A stretch of DNA of 64,000 bases. Source: Neoechinorhynchus agilis (Eukaryota; Animalia; Acanthocephala). Positions 37,231 through 49,260 of the stretch are shown piece after piece. Numbering within the stretch: position 1 is the stretch's first letter; every line of letters begins with the position of its first letter. Made by a program: the position numbers and the translations under genes. A model generated the notes under the pieces. It worked only from the letters and a program-made list of their open reading frames with translations. It made no database searches and was not told the DNA's origin. Where the stretch lies: contig CM121341.1 of the NCBI GenBank assembly GCA_051530055.1, positions 5,124,784 through 5,188,783 on the forward strand. Direction: 5' to 3'.

Positions 37231-37909
37231 CTGAAAGGTGATTTAACGCTTAAAGACATTATTTGAACAGAAAATTAAGCCCAATTAAGTGTCTAAGTAC
37301 ACTCTGAGCTTTTAGTTCAGCGATCTTCGAGCACAACGAGGAACCGAATGGTTAGATCTTAGGGTCCTGATGAAAAACAAGTAAAAAATCATTGAACATT
37401 TAGAATCTTGCAAAAGTAGGCTTACCGCAGACTGCAGATTCTCCGTCCTATCATGCACGAAGGTAAACAGTAAGTGATTGGAATTAAAAAAAATTTATGG
37501 ATGTGATAATCCAAGAGTGACTATTATTGTAGATTGATTTAGAAGGCGAATTATTAAATATCGATCGTCATGGCATGAGATTATGATTGAATTTTTGTTA
37601 GTAAACCGGAAACATCCTACGCCTTATTTCAAATCACTTTATGAAAATTTCGCAAGATAATTCAAAAAGAGAAATAAGAACAATAGAGGCAATGTAGGGA
37701 CGGGCAATGTTGGGACGAAATCGGGTACATTTTTGTTCTTTCAATTCTACGTAAAAGGGAATTTAACTGTATCATGAAAATAAACGAACGAAAGTCAAAT
37801 GACGGCACAAAAGATACCCCATCCTGGGATAGACTTAGACAACATGTTGAAGCTGGGCGAATGTTCCAGTGATTCCTGTAGCAAAGGGACATACCGAAAT
37901 CAGGTTAGG

Positions 37910-40900
37910 AAGGTGGCCCTGGCGTATCCGAGTATTTGGTTCAAAAGAGGGTCTGGCGTAACCGAGTATCCGGCTCAAAGAAAAACCTAGCGTATCTGGG
38001 TAATTGGTTTAAAGGAGGACCTGGCGTATCTGAGTATCCGGCTCAAAGGAAAACCTAGCGTATCTGAGTATTTGGCTCAAGGGAGGACCTGGAGTATCTG
38101 AGTATTTGGCTCAACGGAGGACCTGGCGTATCTGAGTATCCGGCTCAAATTAAAACCTAGCGTATCTAGGTATCCGGCTCAAAGAAAAACTTTCGTATCT
38201 GGGTATTTGGTTCAAGGGAGGACCTGGAGTATCTGAGTATTTGGTTCAAAGGAGGACCTGGCGTATCTGAGTATCCGGCTCAAAGGAAAACCTGGTGTAA
38301 CGGAGTATCCGGCTCAAATTAAAACCTAGCGTATCTGGGTATTTGGTTCAAAGGACGACCTGGCGTATCTGAGTATCCGGCTCAAAGGAGGACCTGGTGT
38401 AGCGGAGTATCCGGCTCAAAGATCTACCTGGCGTATCTGAGTATTTGGCTCAAAGGAGGACCTGGCGTATCTGAGTATCCGGCTCAAGGAAAACCTGGTG
38501 TAACGGAGTATCCGGCTCAAATTAAAACCTAGCGTATCTGGGTATTTGGTTCAAAGGACGACCTGGCGTATCTGAGTATCCGGCTCAAAGGAGGACCTGG
38601 TGTAGCGGAGTATCCGGCTCAAAGATCTACCTGGCGTATCTGAGTATTTGGCTCAAAGGAGGACCTGGCGTATCTGAGTATCCGGCTCAAAGGAAAACCT
38701 GGTGTAACGGAGTATCCGGCTCAAATTAAAACCTAGCGTATCTGGGTATTTGGTTCAAAGGACGACCTGGCGTATCTGAGTATCCGGCTCAAAGGAGGAC
38801 CTGGTGTAGCGGAGTATCCGGCTCAAAGATCTACCTGGCGTATCTGAGTATTTGGCTCAAAGGAGGACCTGGCGTATCTGAGTATCCGGCTCAAAGGAAA
38901 ACCTGGTGTAACGGAGTATCCGGCTCAAATTAAAACCTAGCGTATCTGGGTATTTGGTTCAAAGGACGACCTGGCGTATCTGAGTATCCGGCTCAAAGGA
39001 GGACCTGGTGTAGCGGAGTATCCGGCTCAAAGATCTACCTGGCGTATCTGAGTATTTGGCTCAAGGGAGGACCTGGAGTATCTGAGTATCCGGCTCAAAG
39101 ATCCACCTGGCGTATCCGAGTATTTGGCTCAACGGAGGACCTGGCGTATCTGAGTATCCGGCTCAAATTAAAACCTAGCGTATCTAGGTATCCGGCTCAA
39201 AGAAAAACTTTCGTATCTGGGTATTTGGTTCAAGGGAGGACCTGGAGTATCTGAGTATTTGGTTCAAAGGAGGACCTGGCGTATCTGAGTATCCGGCTCA
39301 AAGGAAAACCTGGTGTAACGGAGTATCCGGCTCAAATTAAAACCTAGCGTATCTGGGTATTTGGTTCAAAGGACGACCTGGCGTATCTGAGTATCCGGCT
39401 CAAAGGAGGACCTGGTGTAGCGGAGTATCCGGCTCAAAGATCTACCTGGCGTATTTGAGTATTTGGCTCAAAGGAGGACCTGGCGTATCTGAGTATCCGG
39501 CTCAAAGGAAAACCTGGTGTAACGGAGTATCCGGCTCAAATTAAAACCTAGCGTATCTGGGTATTTGGTTCAAAGGACGACCTGGCGTATCTGAGTATCC
39601 GGCTCAAAGGAGGACCTGGTGTAGCGGAGTATCCGGCTCAAAGACTACCTGGCGTATCTGAGTATTTGGCTCAAGGGAGGACCTGGAGTATCTGAGTATT
39701 TGGCTCAACGGAGGACCTGGCGTATCTGAGTATCCGGCTCAAAGGAAAACCTAGCGTATCTAGGTATCCGGCTCAAAGAAAAACTTTCGTATCTGGGTAT
39801 TTGGTTCAAGGGAGGACCTGGAGTATCTGAGTATTTGGTTCAAAGGAGGACCTGGCGTATCTGAGTATCCGGCTCAAAGGAAAACCTGGTGTAACGGAGT
39901 ATCCGGCTCAAATTAAAACCTAGCGTATCTGGGTATTTGGTTCAAAGGACGACCTGGCGTATCTGAGTATCCGGCTCAAAGAAAAACTTTCGTATCTGGG
40001 TATTTGGTTCAAGGGAGGACCTGGAGTATCTGAGTATTTGGTTCAAAGGAGGACCTGGCGTATCTGAGTATCCGGCTCAAAGGAAAACCTGGTGTAACGG
40101 AGTATCCGGCTCAAATTAAAACCTAGCGTATCTGGGTATTTGGTTCAAAGGACGACCTGGCGTATCTGAGTATCCGGCTCAAAGGAGGACCTGGTGTAGC
40201 GGAGTATCCGGCTCAAAGATCTACCTGGCGTATCTGAGTATTTGGCTCAAAGGAGGACCTGGCGTATCTGAGTATTTGGCTCAAGGAGGACCTGGCGTAT
40301 CTGAGTATCCGGCTCAAAGAAAACCTAGCGTATCTGAGTATTTGGCTCAAAGGAGGACCTGGCGTATCTGAGTATCCGGCTCAAAGATCCACCTGGCGTA
40401 TCCGAGTGTTTGGTTCAAAGGAGGACCTGGCGTATCTAGGTATCCGGCTCAAAGAAAAACCTAGCGCATCTGAGTATTTGGCTCAAAGGAGGACCTGGCG
40501 TATCTGAGTATCCGGCTCAAAGATCGACCTGGCGTATCTGAGTATCCGGCTCAAAGATCACCTGGCGTATCGAGAGTATCCGGCTCAAAGGAGGACCTGG
40601 CGTATCTGAGTATCCGGCTCAAAGATCCACCTGGCGTATCCGAGTGTTTGGTTCAAAGGATGACCTGGCGTATCTGAGTATCCGGCTCAAAGGAGGACCT
40701 GGTGTAGCGGAGTATCCGGCTCAATCGGCTCAAAACCTCGATCGGTCAAAAACCCACACCCAAAGATCTACCTGGCGTATCTGAGTATCCGGCTCAAAGG
40801 AACCTGCGTATCTGAGTAAAGAACCTGCGTATCGAGTATCCGGCTCAAAGGAAAACCTGGCGTATCTGAGTATCCGGCTCAAAGGAGGACCTGGCGTATC

Positions 40901-41883
40901 TGAGTATCCGGCTCAAAGATCCACCTGGCGTATCCGAGTGTTTGGTTCAAAGGATGACCTGGCGTATCTGGGTATCCGGCTCAAAGGAGGACCTGGTGTA
41001 GCGGAGTATCCGGCTCAAAGATCTACCTGGCGTATCTGAGTATTTGGCTCAAAGGAGGACCTGGCGTATCTGAGTATCCGGCTCAAAGGAGGACCTGGCG
41101 TATCTGAGTATCCGGCTCAAAGGAAAACCTAGCGTATCTGAGTATGGCTCAAAGACCTGGGTACGAGTATGGCTCAAGACCTGGCGTATCTGAGTATCCG
41201 GCTCAAAGAAAAACCTAGCGTATCTGGTATCCGGCTCAAAGAAAAACTTCGTATCTGAGTATCCGGCTCAAAGGAACCTGGCGTATCTGAGTATTTGGTT
41301 CAAAGGAGGACCTGGCGTATCTGAGTATCCGGCTCAAAGGACAACCTGGCGTATCTGAGTATCCGGCTCAAAGAAAAACCTAGCGTATCTGGGTATTTGG
41401 TTCAAAGGAGGACCTGGCGTATCTGAGTATCCGGCTCAAAGAAAACCGTACGGTATGGTCAGAACCTGGCGTATCTGAGTATTTGGTTCAAAGGAGGACC
41501 TGGCGTATCTGAGTATCCGGCTCAAAGGAAAACCTGGCGTATCTGAGTATCCGGCTCAAAGAAAAACCTAGCGTATCTGGGTATTTGGTTCAAAGGAGGA
41601 CCTGTCGTATCTGAGTATCCGGCTCAAAGGAACCTGGGTACGAGTATCCGGCTCAAAGACACCTGCGTATTGGTATGGTCAAAGAACCTGCGTATCTGAG
41701 TATGGCTCAAAGGAGGACCTGGCGTATCTGAGTATCCGGCTCAAAGGAAAACCTAGCGTATCTGGGTATTTGGTTCAAAGGAGGACCTGTCGTATCTGAG
41801 TATCCGGCTCAAAGATCCACCTGGCGTATCCGAGTGTTTGGTTCAAAGGAGGACCTGGCGTATCTGAGTATCTGGGTCAAAGG
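37910..41883. repeat. Minisatellite, 34-bp monomer, ~115 copies, with a ~204-bp (6-mer) higher-order repeat
   Basis: Consensus AAAGGAGGACCTGGCGTATCTGAGTATCCGGCTC; the variant GGTGTAACGG occurs at 38294, 38497, 38701, 38905 and 39313. Confidence 0.97.
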
Positions 41884-42470
41884 CGAATATTTTTTATATA
41901 GCAGAAAAATTGAAATCGATATTTCAGCATTCTCAAGGTCTAAAAACACACAAAAATTGCGTTAATATAAATGGCAAAATATCCTTGCTAGCAAATTTAC
42001 TCGATTTTAGCATCTGATAGTTTACTTTGTTAAACAAAATTCGACTATCCCACCTTTATTGATTGGGTATTGATATTTTTTATATGACAGAAAAGATTTG
42101 AATGGATATTTCTTAACTATCAAGGTCTAAAAACCGCACGTAAGATATTGAGATTGTACTTAGATTCAATTTAAAGTCTACTTCATTTCCTACTGCAGTT
42201 TCAACCTTGAGAATGAATACGACCTCCACTATCACGCGATTCCATTTTGATTTCGTAAAAATGGTAACTTTGTAATTGACGTAAAATAGTGCAGTGATTG
42301 TGACGTCGACGATTCTGTCGTATTTTTGTATTATGTCATCAAACCTCGTGATGTTCGTCTTTTCGCATTTGCGAATATTCAGGCATTTTGACGCCCGCGT
42401 GTATTTCGTGTGGCATAATAAGAGTTTTCCTCGTCTTAAAATCTCTTCGTCTCTTATTGCAGCCGTCGTA

Positions 42471-43061
42471 ATGTTCTTCTCTACAGTCTTTGTCTTAGCT
42501 GCTTTCGTCTCGGTTTCGTTTTCGTTGGATAATGCAGAAGTTACTGACAAGGTTACATTTGAGATCAGTCAGAGTTCAAAAGTACTCGGTCGGGTGACTA
42601 TTGGCCTTTTTGGTAATGTGGTTCCCAAAACGGTTAAGAACTTTGTTGAACTTTCAAGTGATAAATCTAACGGATACAAGGGAAGTCGATTTCATCGTGT
42701 AATCAAAGATTTTATGATCCAAGGCGGAGATATGACTAAAGGAGACGGAACTGGAGGTCGTAGCATCTACGGACACAAATTTGACGATGAGAATTTCAAA
42801 CTAAATCATTTGGGCGCTGGATACGTTTCCATGGCCAATGCTGGGCCGGACTCAAATGGATCACAGTTCTTCATTACGGTCGTAAAAACTCCTTGGCTCG
42901 ATGGCCGTCATGTTGTCTTTGGTAAAGTATTAGAGGGCATGGATGTTGTGAAACAAATCGAAACAGTGAAGACCGACAAAACGGATCGACCGGTTCATGA
43001 TGTCGTCATCAGTGACGTCATTGTCACTAAAGTCAATCCACCCATTAACATCAATCTGTGA
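42471..43061 (+). CDS. PPIB: Cyclophilin B-type peptidyl-prolyl isomerase with signal peptide (196 aa)
   Basis: [31 protein letters not shown] and [12 protein letters not shown]; hydrophobic N-terminus from the ATG at 42471 (the track start at 42294 is an upstream GTG). Confidence 0.9.
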   Translation: MFFSTVFVLAAFVSVSFSLDNAEVTDKVTFEISQSSKVLGRVTIGLFGNVVPKTVKNFVELSSDKSNGYKGSRFHRVIKDFMIQGGDMTKGDGTGGRSIYGHKFDDENFKLNHLGAGYVSMANAGPDSNGSQFFITVVKTPWLDGRHVVFGKVLEGMDVVKQIETVKTDKTDRPVHDVVISDVIVTKVNPPININL

Positions 43062-43164
43062 TCATGAGTACGCCAACGAATTCTAAAAAATCATTGGTTT
43101 TATTGGTTCAACGTTATCCGGAGCCACAATCTTATATCCTGTAAAGATGTTCATCATTTACTTT

Positions 43165-43260
43165 TTTTTACAGCGTATTATCAAATAATTAATCGATTTG
43201 ATAATTTTCGGCCTTCGCGTAGGCCTTCTTCAGTCTATTGTTTGCAAGCTTTTTTCTTGG
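43165..43260. mobile_element. Half copy of the GGCCTTCGCG MITE family
   Basis: Matches the left arm of 44733-44903. Confidence 0.7.
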
Positions 43261-43884
43261 AACAGAGCATCGTCAGTTCTGCGATTGGGTTTGCCAAATC
43301 ACCAGCGCTAATGAAGTCGCTTGGGGAACTCATTGAAGATGGAGAACGCTTGCAAAGGTGGATAAATGGACCAATTGACGAAAATCAGAACAACCTACCG
43401 AATTGGTTGAATGAAAAATAGATTCCATAGTAGAGAGCTTGATTTCAAGCGAAATTATTAGCACTCAAAATTTAGAAAGCAACACTGTTTTTTATCCTAA
43501 CGCATTTCGATTTCTCATGAAAAAACTCCACAAACCGGTTTATAAATATCTCTTTTTATAAGCCAAAATCAAGAAGATAATTCTCAAAAAGAAACGTCTT
43601 ATTCCTAATGTCCAAACCGTCGGCAAGACTGGATTTCCCACAGAAAAAAACCCAAATGCTGCTTCTTTTTATGCTCCCAGAGAGAAGCTTAATTTTTGTC
43701 AAACAAAACTCCATAAAGATTTTGAATGCCTAAAAGTTTCCATTTCGTTTAGAGATTTTAGCTGTTGGAAGACAAGAAAGTGGTGGTGAAACCGAAATTA
43801 TTTGAACAAAAGGAAAATCAATATCTGGCACATTTTAGATTTTTCAAAGGAACCCGACGTAAGCAATAGGAGTTCTACGTGGCT

Positions 43885-44265
43885 TTAATTCAAACGATTT
43901 GGCCAAAGAATGGCGAAAATGGTGACAATAATATTAAAATGTTCATTGCAATAGACAACGTTAGTTGAGCTGTCGGTTTTGGGATCAAATCGCAATTGGT
44001 TCCCACAAATCATACTGCAATTCAGCGGCACAATTGACGTTTCCTCGGCTGATCGCCTTCGTGAAGCATTCGCTTGAATTATTGTCTTATAAGCCGAATT
44101 CGGATCAATGTTTTCTTCGTCCAGGACTTCAAATAAACGGCCGCACAAATCTCTCATATCCTCCGGATATGCCGAAGCGTCTTTTCCATCGAAACGACCA
44201 TTCAAATATCGACGAACAACTTTCTCAACACGATCCTTGTGAAACACTGGTCCATCCGCGTTCAT
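43885..44265 (-). CDS. Tctex1-domain dynein light-chain-like protein (126 aa)
   Basis: F....VEKVVRRYL; YKTII; FDPKTDSSTNVVYCNEHFNIIVTIFAI fits the remembered Tctex1 pattern WD..TD.....F.N..LF.V.TVF. Confidence 0.65.
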   Translation of the reverse strand: MNADGPVFHKDRVEKVVRRYLNGRFDGKDASAYPEDMRDLCGRLFEVLDEENIDPNSAYKTIIQANASRRRSAEETSIVPLNCSMICGNQLRFDPKTDSSTNVVYCNEHFNIIVTIFAILWPNRLN

Positions 44266-44732
44266 TTGAATTCAGAACGACAATGGGAACTTGGTTTAAG
44301 GTGGCGTTGTCATAGCAACCTTGAAGCGATCATTGGTGAGGCTCTACGAAAATATTATAAAATGTGCAGTTCAATTTTCCTGCTTTTTATATTACTTTTT
44401 CTAAATTCGTATAATTTTTAAAGAAATATTGATTTAAGCATTGAATATCTATCAGAATGTTTGTAAACAATTGCAATATCAGACTTTGGTTCCAGATTAA
44501 AAACCGTTAGTTGGATATTGCTAAGAGTGCACACGTTGCGTAGAACTTTGGCACGAGATTGTGCCTAAATATTGGATTCAATAAAATTCCTTCACTTTCT
44601 CCGTCATAAACAAACATAAAGATAAGCATCGATAGAAAATCCGCGTTGTCATTACTGGAAAAAACGAAATGTTAAAATTATTAGTATAACTTTAAACAAA
44701 ATCTATCAGAATGCCCAACGTTAGTCTTTCGA

Positions 44733-44903
44733 TTTTTTATAGCGAATTATCAAATAATTTATGGATTTGTTTGATAATTTTCGGCCTTCGCGTAGACCTT
44801 CAGTCTATTGCTTGCAAGAAAAAAACTTGCAGGCAATTGACTGGAGGTTTACGCGAAGGCCGAAAATTATGAAATCAATTATTTGATAATTCGCTATAAA
44901 AAA
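44733..44903. mobile_element. Palindromic MITE (GGCCTTCGCG family)
   Basis: TTTTTATAGCGAATTATCAAATAATT and ATAATTTTCGGCCTTCGCGTA are both mirrored; a further fragment lies at ~47893-47950. Confidence 0.85.
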
Positions 44904-45449
44904 AGTCGTTCGATTGTCCATCTTTGATGGGCAGGCCTGTTTTGTAAGACGACCGAAATGGTTCTAAGGAAATCGTTTCTGTGCCAATAGCAATATCTCT
45001 CCTTAGGTTTTCGCCTTTATAGCGGCCATTCTATAGTTTGAATCTCAACTTTTTGCAACAATTTCTCAAACATTTTGATTGACACTTCTTATAAATATCA
45101 TCGTCTTAATCTTTCTCTACAGTCGAAATATCGACTTATTAGCACTTTACGATGCATCGTGGAATCAATTTTCTATTTAGCTCGAATCTCAAAACAAATC
45201 GGCAGTTTCCTGGTATATTTAGGAGCATTCTCACAATACTTTTTTCTTTTTAATCAGTTGGTAGATTTTCGACTGACTTCTCAACCCCACGTTATCTTTT
45301 TCATTGTCTTTAAGTTGGACCGTACCCGAACGCTTTTTTGTTAGAATGACCCATTTGGTTTGCGATTGAGGATCGCTGTAAAGTATCAAAAGTCCAAAAA
45401 TTTCTCACCCGAGTCGACACAAAAAAAGTTTTGATTTAGTTTTATTGTA

Positions 45450-45974
45450 TTAACATTTTTTCAAAAAGGCGGTTAATAATGACAAAAGTACAACAAGTCC
45501 GTTCACAGCACGTAAATCTGAAGCACTCCGTAGCCTCCATGCACCCAAAGATCCACCGACGACAAAGACGAGATACGCCGAGAATGCTAATTGTGACCTG
45601 AGGTCGTACAATAGAACATTCAGTGCTACGGCGGTCAATAGTAAAATCATGAGTGTCCATATGAAAGCACTTTTAAACGTGAGTATTGAAATGGACCAAA
45701 GAAGTACATACATCCATAGACCTAACGAAAGATGAAGTGAGTTACTTATAAATATCCGAAGCAAAAAAGGTTCATTGACAATTATACGTTTATGGATACG
45801 ATTGTGTACCAAATAAATGAGACTTGTATTAATGGCAGCACTTACACTTCCGATTGCCATGTAATTGTATGAAACAAGAATGAACCATAGTGGTGTATTT
45901 AGTAAAAACGCAACCCATGGAGCAAAGCATTTTTGTGTTCCATCGACAACATAGTGTGCTTTCCATCCTCTCAT
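45450..45974 (-). CDS. Multi-pass membrane protein (174 aa), possibly a distant TspO/MBR family member
   Basis: About five hydrophobic segments; PLWFIL...YMAIG and AFSAYLVFV loosely echo TSPO PVWGTLY..MG and LLYPYLAW. Confidence 0.45.
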   Translation of the reverse strand: MRGWKAHYVVDGTQKCFAPWVAFLLNTPLWFILVSYNYMAIGSVSAAINTSLIYLVHNRIHKRIIVNEPFLLRIFISNSLHLSLGLWMYVLLWSISILTFKSAFIWTLMILLLTAVALNVLLYDLRSQLAFSAYLVFVVGGSLGAWRLRSASDLRAVNGLVVLLSLLTAFLKKC

Positions 45975-45999
45975 CGAGCAGTTGATATGAGTCTAAAGA

Positions 46000-46329
46000 C
46001 TAAACCTTCTCAAAACTACTGCTAATCCGTAGGAATGTCCAAGTGGAGAATGCGAGAGTCACGAAGAGGTTCACTACACTTGAAGGAATGAAGAAAATTT
46101 GAAGCACTGGTTCTAATAGTAACAAATTATCATTGTTCGCGATATTGACCACCAATGCAGTACTGCTATAGTCAGGGTCAATTGTAATGATAAAAGCAGC
46201 TATAAAGGTAGCGAAATTAACGATAAATGCACTTATCATCCATAGACACGTTAGAGGCTGAAGTGTAATCTCACGGATGATTGCTGACTTCAATTTGTAC
46301 AATGTATCGTTTATCTCAGTGATTTGCAT
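46000..46329 (-). CDS. Small membrane protein, unknown family (109 aa)
   Basis: ATG at 46329 and two hydrophobic stretches; its stop lies 25 nt upstream of the next ATG. Confidence 0.4.
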   Translation of the reverse strand: MQITEINDTLYKLKSAIIREITLQPLTCLWMISAFIVNFATFIAAFIITIDPDYSSTALVVNIANNDNLLLLEPVLQIFFIPSSVVNLFVTLAFSTWTFLRISSSFEKV

Positions 46330-46493
46330 GAGCGACGTGTATGGGAAAAGTAGAATGCAGTACAATGACGGTTTTGACTCACTTTAACAATTTTTCTCGC
46401 AGACGGAAAGGACGCTTTTTGTGCAATGCTTTTTGCTCATTTGTGACGGATATTGACGATTAAAAATAATATTGAAAAATGCTCATGATTGTT

Positions 46494-46621
46494 GCGACAA
46501 AAATTATGTAGATTTATTTAATCAATATTTCGGCTCAACCCAAAGCCTCCATCAAGATTGATTGTAAGTCTGTGGGTTGAGCCGAAATATCGATTAAATA
46601 AATTTACATAATTTGTGTCGC
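46494..46621. mobile_element. MITE (ATATTTCGG family) with ~49-bp arms
   Basis: 46494-46542 is the near reverse complement of 46573-46621. Confidence 0.85.
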
Positions 46622-48032
46622 CATTACACAACAATTAAAAAATAATGCAAATGTGCCTTTATCAAGATTGTTGAAAGTTTTTTCAATGATGCATTCACAG
46701 TAGAAAAAAAACTTTCAAGCAACCTCGATAAACGCGTTAATTTTAAAAATAAAATCGTTTTAATTTCTATGCTAGAAACCAACTTATATGAATAATTCAA
46801 AGTAACCAGCCCGGTCATCACTATGAAATAGAACTCGACCTGGAACAAGCGAGATTTGTTCTCCTAAACCTTAATCCACAGCTTTACAAAGTCGTAGATG
46901 CGTCTTGTCCTTAAAGATAGCAATGAACCAGAAAATATGGAACTAGTAGCAATGAATACTTTCTTCAAAAAAGTGAAATATATCTAAAATTAAAGCTTCA
47001 ATACGTCTGGTGTAATTTATTTAGTAATCGATGTTTTACAAGCGTTTCAAGTACTTGCCAATTACCAAAGCTCCAAAAATGTTTGCCCAATGTCTTAGAA
47101 TCCTGGATATTTGTTTTATCGTGATACATTGGATCTTGTTCGAGCATTTAATTTTACGTTTAATCCAGTTTGAGTACACAGGCAGTTTTATCAATCGAAC
47201 ACTAAATCCATTTGATCGACAGTTAAAAAAAGCTCGGACTCGTCTCTCTTGGACGCAAATGGCGAACTTGTAAAGCAAATCAGTGTCAATGTTAATCAGC
47301 GCATCACCTCTTGATAAGATAATCCAAAGCTGATCCACTGATATATATCATTATAAAATTTAATAAAAACACTGCCATGAATGCGGGTACTACAGCACAT
47401 CTCAATGAAGTCATTTCGACTTTGGTAATTGAGAACGATCCTTGTACTGAGTGTTGTCTTAGTAACCGGGAAATAACTTTTAGGTTTTTTAATGGAATGC
47501 AGACTATCATCACTCGGAATGTCAGGAAATGTGCGGAAAGGTTTTTTTACAATCGAGATTGAGTGATCTAAAGGAACGAAGATTTCAAAGTTCTTGTCCA
47601 CTTTTATTGCAATGTTAATTGTTCTCGTTTGCTTAGTTTTGCAAAGACGTACAATGAGTACGCTTAGAGGCTGAAACGTCTATGCTCAACATTAAAGAAT
47701 TTTAAAATACAAAAAAAAACGTTCAATAAGAAAAAGCATAATTTTGTTAAAGAAGAGGAAAAAGAAATTATTCATTATAGTGTCAATTAGCAATGTTTGA
47801 TTCAGAAAATAGATTTATATTATTTAGTCAATTGCTTGTAAGTTTTTAAATATTCAAATACGAACTCTAATATTTAAAAACTTACAACCAATGGACTGAA
47901 GAAGGCCAACGAAAAGGCCGAAAATTTTCAAATCTATTTCTGAATTATTAAAAACTTCTTTATGAAAAAATTTTACTCGGCTATGTTTTTTTGAACTTTG
48001 ATTTAATTTATAACAATCTGTTTGAAGCACAC

Positions 48033-48240
48033 TCACCACCTCCCGCCGAATTCCAGCTTTTGTCCTTTCTCGACCGTCGCCATCACGCTGGCAGCATTGC
48101 CTCGTTGTACTGCAAACGAAATATTTTGTCGAAGGAATACGCCTGCCCCTGAGTCTCGGTTGCCTCCATCAATTTCTTCGAGACATCCTAGAGCAGAGAG
48201 AGTGCCGATCTGCCGAGCGCTCCATACGTATGGAATTTTT
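48033..48240 (-). mobile_element. 3'-end fragment of CRE-like non-LTR family B
   Basis: FLRQNISFAVQRGNAASVMATV...GGRW then stop. Confidence 0.8.
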
Positions 48241-49260
48241 GAATTATTATATTCAGTTTTCCCTTGACAAACAACAACGACCGATTGATTGTTTTTTTGC
48301 CCAAGCTTTCGCCGTTTAACGGCTTCTTCAGGGGATTTCCGAATCAAATATCTCTGGTTCCTTGTGAACACTTGAACCAATGAACACTTGAGTACTGACA
48401 GGATAAATGAATGTGATTGTCTACTTTAGAGTTGATGGCGGATCTGGAATTTGGAGTGGGTGACTTATCCGGAACGTGGATGGCGGAAGGTCGACGTTTG
48501 CCGACGATCTTTAGAGGACCATCAAATCTGGTTATCCTGGGAATGTACTGAGCAGACTTTAAAAAGCAGTCTTACGAAGAATTTGATCTTAATTTATTAT
48601 GCGATCTTTGAACACGGCATGCATTTTTTACTAGTGATTTTCCAAACAAAACGATACAATCCGCATTGATAATCTTTAATGACGATCAATTGTAAAAAAA
48701 ATATATTGTGTTTAGAATTCTTAATAGTTTTTCGATTGGAGACTATACATTTCTTATTAAAGAAACTCAGCTAACAGGGTCCTTAGATTCCGAGGGAATG
48801 TGATTGCGAGTATGAAAATTAGGCATAAAAACTGCTATCATTCATTGGGGAAACTTAGAATCATTTGTGGAAATCATAAGAACTTGATGGATTCTTGGCT
48901 TTAATCATCTCGTATACTATTTTCGTTGGCTGGGGCCAGTGTTGGCAGAAGTGACCAACAAAGATCAGTGTGGTGTGCCTCGTATTTTCGCGCAACCTCT
49001 GCATTCCGATCGCAGATTTCCCAGAATCTTTTGAACTTCTTCGCAGCTCTTGAACTCTCCTCATCTCTTTTTTCCTTAAAGACTTCTTCAGTGAGTGTTT
49101 TATCCCATACATCTGATTCAAACATTCAAGTTTTATGTTGTTTAGCACACAATCAACTTCTGTTGAGCTCTAAACACCCAAATATTTGGCACTATTGGAC
49201 CGATACAATTCCAAGTGTAGAACAAGTCGATACAGTTCAATCAATTGTTAACCGAATCTA

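Noticed and set aside
37910-41883. 34-bp array as a CRISPR array or coding repeat
   Set aside because: There are no unique spacers and no cas genes, and the context is eukaryotic. The period is not a multiple of 3 and each strand has a TGA per monomer.
46850-47610. Short minus-strand ORFs as a gene
   Set aside because: They are protein-like in part but have no motif and no coherent exon chain.
48420-49250. Possible additional non-LTR remnant (KYLGV and PDLMV on the minus strand)
   Set aside because: The motifs are short and interrupted by stops, and I could not fit them to a consistent element.
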